From Nitrospirota bacterium (GTDB taxonomy: Bacteria; Nitrospirota; Nitrospiria; Nitrospirales; Nitrospiraceae): a stretch of 58,162 nt of DNA. Shown here piece by piece: positions 8,264 to 16,928 of the stretch; position 1 is the first letter of the stretch; the number at the start of each line of letters is the position of its first letter. Where the stretch lies: positions 1 through 58,162 of the forward strand of contig JAPLLI010000064.1 of assembly GCA_026387615.1 (NCBI GenBank). Reading direction: 5' to 3'. The notes beneath the pieces were generated by a model, which saw only the letters and a list, made by a program, of their open reading frames with translations, searched no databases and had not been told where the DNA came from. The position numbers and the translations under genes were made by a program.

Positions 8264-8794
8264 CTATCAGCCCTCAGCGATCAGCTCCTCAAAAACTTCC
8301 TCCCCTTTGTAAGGGGAGGCTAGGAGGGGTAGAGAATCGTAACGCCAGGGAGATAGAGGCTCATGCCCAGAGCCACAAAGGGACAGGCAAGCTATCTCAA
8401 TCTTAAACGCCGACTTCGCTCTAACATGACCGGGCCGGAAACTCGACTATGGTTCCGGCTGAGAGCGAGACAATTTCAAGGACTCAAGTTTCGTCGACAA
8501 CATGGCATCGGACCATACATTGTAGACTTCTATTGCCCCGAACAGTCTCTCGTCATTGAAGTAGACGGCGACAGTCATGCCGGAGCCGAGCAGATCGTAC
8601 AGGACAGAGAACGAGAGAAGTATCTTCAGTCTCGCGGTCTTCGCGTGATTCGATACATCAACGACGATGTTGTAAAAAATCTGGACGGGGTTCTGGAAGA
8701 TTTATCCGCGAAGGTATCGTCAGGATCGACCTCCCCTAGCCCCTCCTTACGAAGGAGGGGTGAAAAAGCTGAAAGCTGATGGCTGATCGCTATC
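8262..8794. mobile_element. DUF559 gene bracketed by two concentric imperfect inverted repeats (candidate hairpin-borne cassette)
   Basis: Outer arms 8262-8287 and 8767-8794 match 21/25 as reverse complements by hand alignment. Inner arms 8301-8330 and 8729-8760 match 23/30. The cargo is visibly lower in G+C than the flanks. Confidence 0.45.
8363..8779 (+). CDS. DUF559 endonuclease-domain protein (Vsr/restriction-endonuclease-like fold)
   Basis: ETRLWFRLRARQFQGLKFRRQHGIGPYIVDFYCPEQSLVIEVDGDSH is the DUF559 signature. The last ~16 codons are encoded by the right repeat arm. Confidence 0.85.
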   Translation: MPRATKGQASYLNLKRRLRSNMTGPETRLWFRLRARQFQGLKFRRQHGIGPYIVDFYCPEQSLVIEVDGDSHAGAEQIVQDREREKYLQSRGLRVIRYINDDVVKNLDGVLEDLSAKVSSGSTSPSPSLRRRGEKAES

Positions 8795-10652
8795 TATCCC
8801 CATTCACCACTGCCAGCACCCGCCGACCGTACCGATCCGCCTTCAGCTCGCCGATGCCTGGAACTTCCAACAGGGCAGAGGGAGTCGCAGGCCTGTGGCT
8901 GGCAATGGCCTTCAAGGTCTTGTCGTGAAAGATCACGAAGGGCGCCACGTCCTCTTCCTCAGCCAGCTCCTTGCGAAGTTGGCGCAACCGCTCGAAGAGC
9001 TCCTGATCCTCCGGCGATGTTCGCAGAGCAGCCCCAGGCAGGGCCCTCTCGCGAGACGGCTTCTGTGCCGGCACATCCAACTGGCGCTCCTCCACAGCCT
9101 TCAGCGTGACGGCGGTGCCACTTTTCAGGACCTCCTGTCCTTTGCTCGTCACATCGATGGTGGGATATTCCGCCCCTTCAACCTGAAGATAGCCTGAGTC
9201 GATCAGGCCCTTCACGAGACCGGTCACGGATGGCTTCGAGAAGGCGCGACAGATTCCGTAGTTGGGGCAGCCGTCCCCGCCAAAGGCCAACAGAGCTTTC
9301 GAACGGCTTCCGCGAAGAATCTCGACGATGCGACTCACACCGAACCGTCCCCCGCACCAGGACACCGTCTCCAAAATGGCCTTCGCGGAACGAGCCTCAT
9401 CCAAACTGGTTTCCCTGCTCACCTGCTTCGATGGGGAAACACAACGATCGCAGAGGCCGCAAGGGCCCAGGGCCTTCTCCCCTTCATCACTGAAATAGTC
9501 AAGGATCGCGAGCTGACGACAGGTCGAGACCGTCACATAGCTCATCATTTCTTGAAGCAACGTTCTCATTCTCGCTGCTCGTTCTAAGCCTTCGGGATCT
9601 TTTCCTGCCAGCTGCATGAAATATTCCTGCGTAGCCAAGTCCCGCTCATGGAACAACAGGACGCAAGCGGCTGGCTGTCCGTCGCGGCCCGCCCGCCCGA
9701 CCTCTTGATAATAGGCCTCCAGACTTCCCGGGATGTCGAAATGGACGACTAGCCGGACGTCCGACTTGTCGATGCCCATGCCGAAAGCATTAGTCGCAGC
9801 CAGAATCCTCACAGTCCCCCGGCGAAATTCCTGGTGCACGAGCTGGCGCTCCTCATCGGAGAGACCGGCGTGGTAGTAGCCGACCGACTGGTGAGCATGG
9901 CCCAGCCAATCCGCTACCTCTTCGACCGCCCGCCGCGTGGCGCAATAGATCAGAATCGTGCCCTTCTCCCTCTCACGCACCAGCCGTTCCAAAATGGCTA
10001 GTTTCTCCTGGCGTGACTGACAGGGACGGACGGACAGGGCCAGATTGGGCCGACGGAAGCCTGAAACCAGCCGGAATGGATCGCGGAGCGACAGACGTTT
10101 GCAGAGATCAATTTGAACGCGGGCCGTGGCAGTGGCAGTCAGGGCGAGACAGGGAGGGTTCGTGAGCTCCTGCCGGAGCCTGCCGATCTTGAGATAGTCC
10201 GGCCTGAAGTCATGGCCCCATTGCGAAATACAATGGGCTTCGTCCACCACCAGCAACGAGACCCAGAGGCTGCGTAACAGCTCAAGAAACCCCTCATGCT
10301 GCATCCGTTCCGGCGCCAGGTAGAGCAACTGCAGCCGCTTCTGATGAAGGTCCTGAATCACTCGATACTTCTCAGATCCGGTCAGGCCTGAGTGAAAGGC
10401 CGCAGCGCTGATGTTGCGCTGCTTCAAACTGGCCACCTGATCTTGCATCAAGGCAATCAGGGGGGAAATGACCAGGGTCAGCCCTGGGAGTATTGTCGCA
10501 GGCAATTGATAACACAGGGATTTTCCCTGCCCTGTCGGCATGACGGTCATGGCGTCTCGCCCAGCCAGGACCGCGCGAATGACCTCCTCCTGACCAGGCC
10601 GAAAGGTCGCGAAGCCGAACCGTTCGCTCAGCTGTGTAGTCAGATCATCCAC
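8790..10652 (-). CDS. recQ: ATP-dependent DNA helicase RecQ
   Basis: FGFATFRPGQEEVI, MPTGQGKSLCYQLPA and DEAHCISQWGHDFRPDY motifs, a Zn-binding Cys cluster, and a C-terminal HRDC-like region. Confidence 0.95.
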   Translation of the reverse strand: MDDLTTQLSERFGFATFRPGQEEVIRAVLAGRDAMTVMPTGQGKSLCYQLPATILPGLTLVISPLIALMQDQVASLKQRNISAAAFHSGLTGSEKYRVIQDLHQKRLQLLYLAPERMQHEGFLELLRSLWVSLLVVDEAHCISQWGHDFRPDYLKIGRLRQELTNPPCLALTATATARVQIDLCKRLSLRDPFRLVSGFRRPNLALSVRPCQSRQEKLAILERLVREREKGTILIYCATRRAVEEVADWLGHAHQSVGYYHAGLSDEERQLVHQEFRRGTVRILAATNAFGMGIDKSDVRLVVHFDIPGSLEAYYQEVGRAGRDGQPAACVLLFHERDLATQEYFMQLAGKDPEGLERAARMRTLLQEMMSYVTVSTCRQLAILDYFSDEGEKALGPCGLCDRCVSPSKQVSRETSLDEARSAKAILETVSWCGGRFGVSRIVEILRGSRSKALLAFGGDGCPNYGICRAFSKPSVTGLVKGLIDSGYLQVEGAEYPTIDVTSKGQEVLKSGTAVTLKAVEERQLDVPAQKPSRERALPGAALRTSPEDQELFERLRQLRKELAEEEDVAPFVIFHDKTLKAIASHRPATPSALLEVPGIGELKADRYGRRVLAVVNGDR

Positions 10653-10775
10653 GTTAAATTAGTGAGAGTGAAGGGTGGTGTTGAAACGTGATTTTCCGCG
10701 CACAAAGTATAAATGACTGGCTAAGCATCGGCAACCAAGCCATCGTGTTGGCTGACAGCCAATATGCATAAAGCC

Positions 10776-10820
10776 AAAAAGAAACCCCGCTGGGGATCTC
10801 CCAGCGGGGTTTCTTTCTTC
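10776..10820 (-). terminator. Intrinsic terminator, probably bidirectional, downstream of the porin gene
   Basis: Perfect 14-bp stem gaaaccccgctggg / cccagcggggtttc (10781-10794 / 10800-10813) with a 5-nt loop. It is flanked by an A-run and a T-rich run. Confidence 0.65.
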
Positions 10821-10870
10821 GCAGAAACGAGAGGTCTTCTCGTCTCTAGCTTATATGTCTTGTCTTCTTC

Positions 10871-12538
10871 TTAGAAGTTCATCCAAAGCTGGGCATAGGC
10901 CCAATCTTGGCCACGGCTGGTACCCAGGTTCTCCTGGATGTAACCACCGGCATAGAGGTGACCATAGCTCGTCTGGAAGGCCAACTTGCCATCCATGAAC
11001 ATATGGGTCCAGGAGATGTCCAATTCGTCACCGATGTGCGTCTTCTGATTGCCGACCTTCGAGAAGACATAGGCCCCCTGGCTGCCACGGTACCAGTTGT
11101 CTTCCTTGTTGGCCAGGTTCAAGCTGGTGGCCCAGATTTCGAAATGGTCATCCTTGGAAGGACGGAACTGGAAGTTGATCGAGGGGCTCATCATGTTCTT
11201 CCAAGCCTGGACATCCATATAACCCATGTGGATGTGGTTGGTCGGGAACAAGTTTTCAAACGTGTTGGCTGATTTGCAATTTCCAACAGACTGATTTCCC
11301 GAGGCGCTGGTGTTACATTGCGCACGACCATCGCCCGAGGCATAGTCTAAATTGACGGCCAAACGCGGCTTCCAGGCAGATTGATAATGGGTATAGCCAA
11401 TCCAGTTTCTGGTCGCCCAAGCATTGATATGGAGCATGCGCTGATCTGCGTTTTGGCTAGCAACGCCATTCTGATCCAATGCATCGCCCATCTGACCGAA
11501 CTGGTAGACCAATTCATTCGTCGCATCGAAATTGCCCTTGCGCATTTCGATCCTGTTACCAACTGTGTGACGGAGCTGATTCGAATGCTTTGCCGTTCCG
11601 ATACCGCCGGCATTATTGGTCTGCGTGTTCATTCTGTTGCTATACATGATGTAGTAGGGCTCGATCAGGAAGCCAGGCACAGACTTGATCTGGTTGTAGA
11701 AAATGAACATATCAGCATCGTTGTTGCCCATACCGGTGTTAGTCCCAACCGCATTGACCTGAACGCTGCCAGTGGCTGAACCCTGCGCCATGTCCGACTC
11801 CGCAGTGCGGAACCAGCCGAGGTAGGTATCGAAGGACTTGGTGCTGTAGTTCAACATGATACCGTCATGGGAGAATCCCGTATTGGCCCAATCGAAGTGG
11901 CCGAACAAAGAATGGTTGCCGAACACAATGTATTGACGGCCGGCCTTCACGCTCAAGCCCTGCACGCCGCCGAAGTTCCGCACCAACATGTAGGCTGCGC
12001 GCACACCCACGGTGCCGTGGTTCAAGGCTGGATCATTGGCGCCCGTTGACCCAGGGGTCCCGTTGGTGCCCCAGGTGGACGAGTTGATGAGCTCCATGTA
12101 GAAGTTCACGTCCGGCGACACATCGTAACCGATGCCCAAACGGGTCATCTGTTGCGTGAACATGTCGTTTGACTGTCCCTTAGTTCCGTTACCACCAGCG
12201 ACTCCACTGCCCTTGGTGTTACAAGACGTTCCACCTGCGACCATCACGCTGCCGAAGCAGGTGTTGTTCCGCATTTCCGGACGGACGCGCAAATCCGCGC
12301 GGAGCCAGAAATTCTTCAGATCGAAGTTCTTGCCGATTTTCGGATCGTAGAGTTCGTAGGCTTCCTTCTGCGGAATCGCGCGAGGAATGGCCGGCACGTT
12401 GGTGATTCTCTCACCTTCCGGCAACTCAAACGCCGCTTGAGCCGGGGCTGCCACGAATGACATGCCTGCCGTCATGACGGCTGCACTGAAGAAGGTAGCC
12501 AGACCGGCCCACCCTTTTCGTCCTTGGATACTTTGCAT
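10871..12538 (-). CDS. Outer-membrane porin-like beta-barrel protein
   Basis: Signal peptide ending AQA/AF, long Gly/Asn/Tyr-rich strand pattern, C-terminal ...AQLWMNF. Start trimmed to ATG 12538, which has GGAGGA upstream. Confidence 0.65.
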   Translation of the reverse strand: MQSIQGRKGWAGLATFFSAAVMTAGMSFVAAPAQAAFELPEGERITNVPAIPRAIPQKEAYELYDPKIGKNFDLKNFWLRADLRVRPEMRNNTCFGSVMVAGGTSCNTKGSGVAGGNGTKGQSNDMFTQQMTRLGIGYDVSPDVNFYMELINSSTWGTNGTPGSTGANDPALNHGTVGVRAAYMLVRNFGGVQGLSVKAGRQYIVFGNHSLFGHFDWANTGFSHDGIMLNYSTKSFDTYLGWFRTAESDMAQGSATGSVQVNAVGTNTGMGNNDADMFIFYNQIKSVPGFLIEPYYIMYSNRMNTQTNNAGGIGTAKHSNQLRHTVGNRIEMRKGNFDATNELVYQFGQMGDALDQNGVASQNADQRMLHINAWATRNWIGYTHYQSAWKPRLAVNLDYASGDGRAQCNTSASGNQSVGNCKSANTFENLFPTNHIHMGYMDVQAWKNMMSPSINFQFRPSKDDHFEIWATSLNLANKEDNWYRGSQGAYVFSKVGNQKTHIGDELDISWTHMFMDGKLAFQTSYGHLYAGGYIQENLGTSRGQDWAYAQLWMNF

Positions 12539-12827
12539 AACGTTCCTCCTGTGAATTGGATAACAGCCGCCACCGGTGCACGTTCCGGCGCTGCGCTGCC
12601 GACTTGACATCCAAACTGCCTGCACGATCATTGACTGATTATTTTTCTTACCTGCTCTAACTTGCGAAACCGTTGTGCCCACGGCTTCCTGCCCGCCACC
12701 AACATACATTAATCTTCGCTAATCTGCCTGAACCCACTTCCCATTACAAGCTTTTTCTGATTTCCACCAAACAACTTGCAGGCCCAGAACTTGCCCTGCC
12801 AGTCTGTCTACTTTTTCACCCACCGTC

Positions 12828-13127
12828 TCAGGCCTGGCCAGACTGATTCGTCAAACCGGAACCCTGCTCCACTTTCTGCCCAGCAGAGTTGATCTGCTCC
12901 TCTGCATCTTTAATCGAGGCTTGAAAGTCCTGCTCGACCATCTTCACTTCCTGCTGGATCATATTGAGTTCCGGCTCCACCGACTTCCGTAAGTCTTCTG
13001 CCGTTTCCTTGAACCCCTTGACCGCTTTTCCGACCTGGCGACCGACTTCAGGCAACTGCTTGGGACCGAACAACAAAAAGGCAATCACCAGAATAATGAG
13101 AATTTCGCCGGCGCCCAATCCAAACAT
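12828..13127 (-). CDS. Twin-arginine translocase TatA/TatB-family subunit (TatB-like)
   Basis: MFGLGAGEILIILVIAFLLFGPKQLPEVGRQVGKAVKGFK: TM helix, hinge Gly-Pro and an amphipathic helix. Confidence 0.75.
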   Translation of the reverse strand: MFGLGAGEILIILVIAFLLFGPKQLPEVGRQVGKAVKGFKETAEDLRKSVEPELNMIQQEVKMVEQDFQASIKDAEEQINSAGQKVEQGSGLTNQSGQA

Positions 13128-13136
13128 CGTGTAATC

Positions 13137-13218
13137 CAGTGATGCGTGATCGGTAAAGGGTAATCAGTGATCGCTTCCGAAGGCCTTCTCTCATCACGCA
13201 TCACCCATCACGACTCAC
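13137..13218. repeat. Family-1 heptamer hairpin, empty copy, between the two tat genes
   Basis: Left arm cagtgatgcgtgatcgg...taatcagtgatcg, right arm ctcatcacgcatcacccatcacgactcac. Confidence 0.75.
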
Positions 13219-13225
13219 TACGCTT

Positions 13226-13498
13226 CTAAACTTGCTTGACCTGCTGCGCTGATTCAACCGGGGCCGCGGACGGCTGAGCTGCCTGCACTTGCGTGACCTG
13301 AATCGGCTGCGCGTCCGGCGCATCAGACGGAGGAGGCGTCACGTCAATGGCGTCAGCTTCGTGAATGCTCTTCTTGAATCCCTTGATGGCTTTCCCGAGC
13401 CCCTCGCCCAACTGCGGAATCTTGCCTGCGCCGAAAATGATCAACACAATGACCAGAATCAGCACCAACTCCATCCATCCGAATGATCCAAACATCAA
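13226..13498 (-). CDS. tatA: Twin-arginine translocase subunit TatA
   Basis: FGWMELVLILVIVLIIFGAGKIPQLGEGLGKAIKGFKK is the canonical TatA N-terminus. Confidence 0.85.
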   Translation of the reverse strand: MMFGSFGWMELVLILVIVLIIFGAGKIPQLGEGLGKAIKGFKKSIHEADAIDVTPPPSDAPDAQPIQVTQVQAAQPSAAPVESAQQVKQV

Positions 13499-13702
13499 GG
13501 CCTCGCGATACGTGTTACGTAATTATGCACTCAATAGAAATGCGCCCGAGGCGCGCGCGCTTCACATCTGACTGCGGTGTCGAGGATACGCCCACTCGAA
13601 TACAAAGCATGCGGCATTCCTCAAACGCGCTGAAGGCTATAGAATCCCCAAGGATTAGTCAAGTAGAAATTCGTAGACTGGGCCGTTTGGCCCTAGCAAG
13701 AA

Positions 13703-15199
13703 TCAGCGAGCCCCCACGAAAGCATGAAAGTAATCGACCGGACTCGGTGGCGCGGTCAGGGCAATCATGAACGACTGGGGATCATAGCCGATATCTTCCA
13801 AATCCTTCGAGGCCAGCATCAACTCTTCCTCCGTGAGATACGCAACCGTGTCGGGAATGCCTGTCGGCTTCAACGATCGGACCAGAGCCTGAAGCGTTTC
13901 ACGTTCCTCCGGCGGCATCTCTAACGAAATCGGAAAGTCCAGATGGCGCGCATAGGGACTTCTGTAGGTTTCATTCAAGGCCTGGAGGGTCTTGAGCATC
14001 AAACGATCCTGTTCCCAGGGCGCCATTCTCGTACCGGCAGAGGGGTGGGTGGCCATGAGATCCATCAACGTCAGAACATTAGTCCCTAAGCTGCGCCCCA
14101 CGAATTCCCGCTGGCTCTCCAGGACCATCGGACCGGCCTCCAACTGCTTGGCCACCGCTTCGGCCAGCGCGAAGTTGACCATGACACTCTGCTGGCCGCC
14201 GAATTGGCAATAGCAGGGCTTCTCCGGGTCGTTCAACACAGCCATATCCGCGGTGCCCGCGTCGAAACTGCTGAACCCGATCGCATCCGGGGCCAACAGG
14301 CGCTTGGCTTCCTTGATCGTGGCATAGGCTCCCATATTCACAGGAACCACCACCTGCTCATCGATACGCTTGAGGAACTCCGTGATCGTCTTCCGGTAGG
14401 GAACCTCTTTCCATTCGACCGTCCGATATTCACGCTCCCACACCAGATCGTCGAGGAAGGGCGGAAAGCCCTTGAGTGTCTCCACGTCCATGGCGTCGAA
14501 CGCCCGGACAAAGGTCGCCCAGTCTGAAATTTTCGCATGCAGCGCTTCGCTCAAATTCGGCCGCAGGAACTCTTCTTCAATCTCGTTCGCCTGGCGGGAC
14601 ATCAGCTTCGTCGGGAGATCATTCCACAGTTCGTTGCAAATGATGCGATCCACGCTGCCATCCGCGACACCTTCGAGCCGGTCCACCGTCCCTCGATGGG
14701 TCTGGATCCGGTCGCGGTGGGACGCGAGTTCCGGGTGGGCCATGGCTGCATCGAGCACCGACTGTTCCCAATCCACCAGCACATAACGAATGCGGGGATA
14801 GATCGTCCCCTCTTTATCGAGGACTTTGAGATGACTCAGAAAACAGGCAGCAAGGTTCCCGTTGCCGGGGCCGAGCTCCATGACGGTAAGAGGGGGTAGG
14901 GGGATAGACGGGGTATCGGTGGAACCGGATTCTACCTTACCCCCTTGTCCCGTTACCCCTTTACCCCGAGCCTTCTCACGCTTCACGACTTTTTCGAAAT
15001 AGTCCGCCGCGAGAGCATGGGCCAGCCGATAATCGGCTGAAGCAAAGGTCTGGTAGAAGCTGCGAATCTGATCGCCCCGGAAGCGATAGAAGAGCGTATT
15101 GATGTGGACTTGCCACTGATCGACCGGCTTATAGTCGCCGATAAGCTGAGGTAAGGCGTCTGCGTCCTGCAACATACATACATCCAGACTAGGGGCCAA
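13703..15199 (-). CDS. MidA/NDUFAF7-like (DUF185) SAM-dependent methyltransferase
   Basis: Motif I VMELGPGNGNLAACFL and IICNELWNDLPTK resemble MidA-family motifs. The protein contains a repeat-encoded insert just before motif I. Confidence 0.6.
   Translation of the reverse strand: MAPSLDVCMLQDADALPQLIGDYKPVDQWQVHINTLFYRFRGDQIRSFYQTFASADYRLAHALAADYFEKVVKREKARGKGVTGQGGKVESGSTDTPSIPLPPLTVMELGPGNGNLAACFLSHLKVLDKEGTIYPRIRYVLVDWEQSVLDAAMAHPELASHRDRIQTHRGTVDRLEGVADGSVDRIICNELWNDLPTKLMSRQANEIEEEFLRPNLSEALHAKISDWATFVRAFDAMDVETLKGFPPFLDDLVWEREYRTVEWKEVPYRKTITEFLKRIDEQVVVPVNMGAYATIKEAKRLLAPDAIGFSSFDAGTADMAVLNDPEKPCYCQFGGQQSVMVNFALAEAVAKQLEAGPMVLESQREFVGRSLGTNVLTLMDLMATHPSAGTRMAPWEQDRLMLKTLQALNETYRSPYARHLDFPISLEMPPEERETLQALVRSLKPTGIPDTVAYLTEEELMLASKDLEDIGYDPQSFMIALTAPPSPVDYFHAFVGAR
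14885..14968. repeat. Family-5 (GGGGTAG / CTACCCC-type) imperfect hairpin lying in-frame inside the methyltransferase CDS
   Basis: ggtaagagggggtagggggatagacggggtatcggtgg ... ccggattctaccttacccccttgtcccgttacccctttaccccg. It translates as ...GKGVTGQGGKVESGSTDTPSIPLPPLT... Confidence 0.65.
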
Positions 15200-15306
15200 C
15201 GAGACGTACGAGAGGGACGAGACTTGTGCCGCCCTTTTCGCTTCCTATCTTTGAGCGCGCGGATTCTAGCAGATGGCGGGAAACAGCCGCAACGGGCTTC
15301 CCTCAT

Positions 15307-15405
15307 AGCTATCAGCCGTCAGCTTTCAGCTCTCAGCTTTGAATCAGAGCAAGTTCACTCGAAAATCTTTCCTGGCTGAGGGCTGATCGCTGATAGCTGA
15401 CGGCT
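15307..15405. repeat. Family-2 heptamer hairpin (AGCNNTC arms), empty copy
   Basis: Left arm agctatcagccgtcagctttcagctctcagc, right arm gctgagggctgatcgctgatagctgacggct. The first 11 nt (agctatcagcc) are identical to the outer left arm of the DUF559 locus. Confidence 0.8.
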
Positions 15406-15452
15406 CCCCCAAGCTCCTTGACAGCTCCCATCGACCGGTGTACCAAAGGGCT

Positions 15453-16028
15453 ATGGCGAAAGGCGCGAGACGAGCGGGACGAGGGGCAATCGTAACGGCC
15501 ATGATCCTGGCCCTCTCGGCGCTGCCGAGACTCCAGGCGGCGGAGCTGCCGATCACCAAGAATCCCCCGATCCCGGATTTTCAGAACCGTCCCCAAGACG
15601 TCACGCCCTACGATTTCGACGCCCCCCCGCAAGGCCTGTTCCTTACGATTACAACAGCGGAGGGGTTCGACGAAGAACTGGGCTTTCGCCGGACGCACGA
15701 AATTGTGCCAGTGAGACCGACCGACCGATTCCTCCCTGACACCCCGACCATCTTCATCGTCTTTCACCTCCACCAGCATTATCAGGGCTTCCAGGTATTC
15801 GGACGGCTCTTCCCTGAAACGGTACCGGGCCGCGACTCCGCTCTCCTGATCGGACAAGACGCCATGCACATTGCGCTGGAAGACGAAAGCGGCTATCTCA
15901 CCCTCTCCCCTCCCCAGGGCTCATGGAAACCAGGCCGATATAAAGTGGAAATTCACGTGGGAGAAGAGGTCAACGAGATGAGTCTGATGGGCACGATGCG
16001 ATTTACGATCGCCGAGGCGGGGAAGTGA
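15453..16028 (+). CDS. Hypothetical secreted protein
   Basis: ATG 15453 gives MAKGARRAGRGAIVTAMILALSALPRLQA/AE, a signal-peptide-like start. No recognisable domain. The stop TGA lies in the first heptamer of the next hairpin. Confidence 0.5.
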   Translation: MAKGARRAGRGAIVTAMILALSALPRLQAAELPITKNPPIPDFQNRPQDVTPYDFDAPPQGLFLTITTAEGFDEELGFRRTHEIVPVRPTDRFLPDTPTIFIVFHLHQHYQGFQVFGRLFPETVPGRDSALLIGQDAMHIALEDESGYLTLSPPQGSWKPGRYKVEIHVGEEVNEMSLMGTMRFTIAEAGK

Positions 16029-16104
16029 CGGGTGATCGGTGATGAGTGATGAGAAAAGACTGAACCCCTCTCAATCACTGTTCACTGCTCACCCATCACT
16101 GATC
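16025..16104. repeat. Family-1 heptamer hairpin, empty copy
   Basis: Left arm gtgacgggtgatcggtgatgagtgatgag, right arm ctcaatcactgttcactgctcacccatcactgatc. Confidence 0.8.
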
Positions 16105-16114
16105 CCTGCTCCGT

Positions 16115-16143
16115 TTGACGCTCTCTCCATCATTCTGTAGAAT
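16115..16143 (+). promoter_or_regulatory. Sigma70-type promoter for the GT2-LAB_N-ArnT operon
   Basis: TTGACG (16115-16120), a 17-nt spacer, then TAGAAT (16138-16143) preceded by TG (extended -10). It lies about 50 nt upstream of ATG 16194. Confidence 0.55.
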
Positions 16144-16193
16144 GCCCACGTGATTCGCTGGTTCCCCTTCTGCGTCAGGAATATCGACCCTTC

Positions 16194-16928
16194 ATGACCG
16201 TGTCATCCCATCCATGGGCCTCCGTCATCGTCCCGATCAAGGATGAGCGAGACAATCTCGTTCCCTTGACTGAGCAATTACTCAAGGCCCTGGAGGCCTG
16301 CGACGAATCACGCTCGGCTCCCTTCGAAATCCTCTTCATCGACGACGGCAGCACGGATGGCAGTTCGGACCTGCTCGATCGGCTTGCTGCAGACTATCCG
16401 TTGGTACGGGTCCTCCATTTCGACCGGAATTACGGACAGTCCTCGGCTTTCGACGCGGGGTTCAAACAGGCGACCGGCGATTTGATCATCACCATCGACG
16501 GGGACCTCCAAAACGACCCGGCCGACATCGGCACGTTGCTGCCCTACACAAAGACCTTTGATCTCGTCTGTGGATGGCGCACCAACCGGCACGACAGCCT
16601 CGTCCGGACATTGTCCTCGAAAATTGCCAACGCAGTACGAAGCGCCGTGACGGGCGATCAGGTGCATGATACCGGCTGCTCGCTGAAGATCTTCCGCCGG
16701 GCCGTGGTAGACAAACTGCAACTCTTCAACGGCATGCATCGATTTTTCCCGGCCCTGGCGCTGATGCATGGCTTTACGGTCACCGAAGTGCCGGTGCGCC
16801 ATTACGCTCGCAAGCACGGCCAGTCGAAATACGGCCTCGGCAACCGCCTCTTCAAAAGCCTGTACGACCTCATCGCCGTCCGTTGGATGCAGGGACGGGT
16901 ACTGCGATATAAATTCAGAGACAAGTGA
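16194..16928 (+). CDS. GT2 polyprenyl-phosphate glycosyltransferase (ArnC / Dpm1-like)
   Basis: SVIVPIKDE, FIDDGSTDGS, ITIDGDLQNDP and a short C-terminus typical of polyprenol-phosphate sugar synthases. Confidence 0.85.
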   Translation: MTVSSHPWASVIVPIKDERDNLVPLTEQLLKALEACDESRSAPFEILFIDDGSTDGSSDLLDRLAADYPLVRVLHFDRNYGQSSAFDAGFKQATGDLIITIDGDLQNDPADIGTLLPYTKTFDLVCGWRTNRHDSLVRTLSSKIANAVRSAVTGDQVHDTGCSLKIFRRAVVDKLQLFNGMHRFFPALALMHGFTVTEVPVRHYARKHGQSKYGLGNRLFKSLYDLIAVRWMQGRVLRYKFRDK

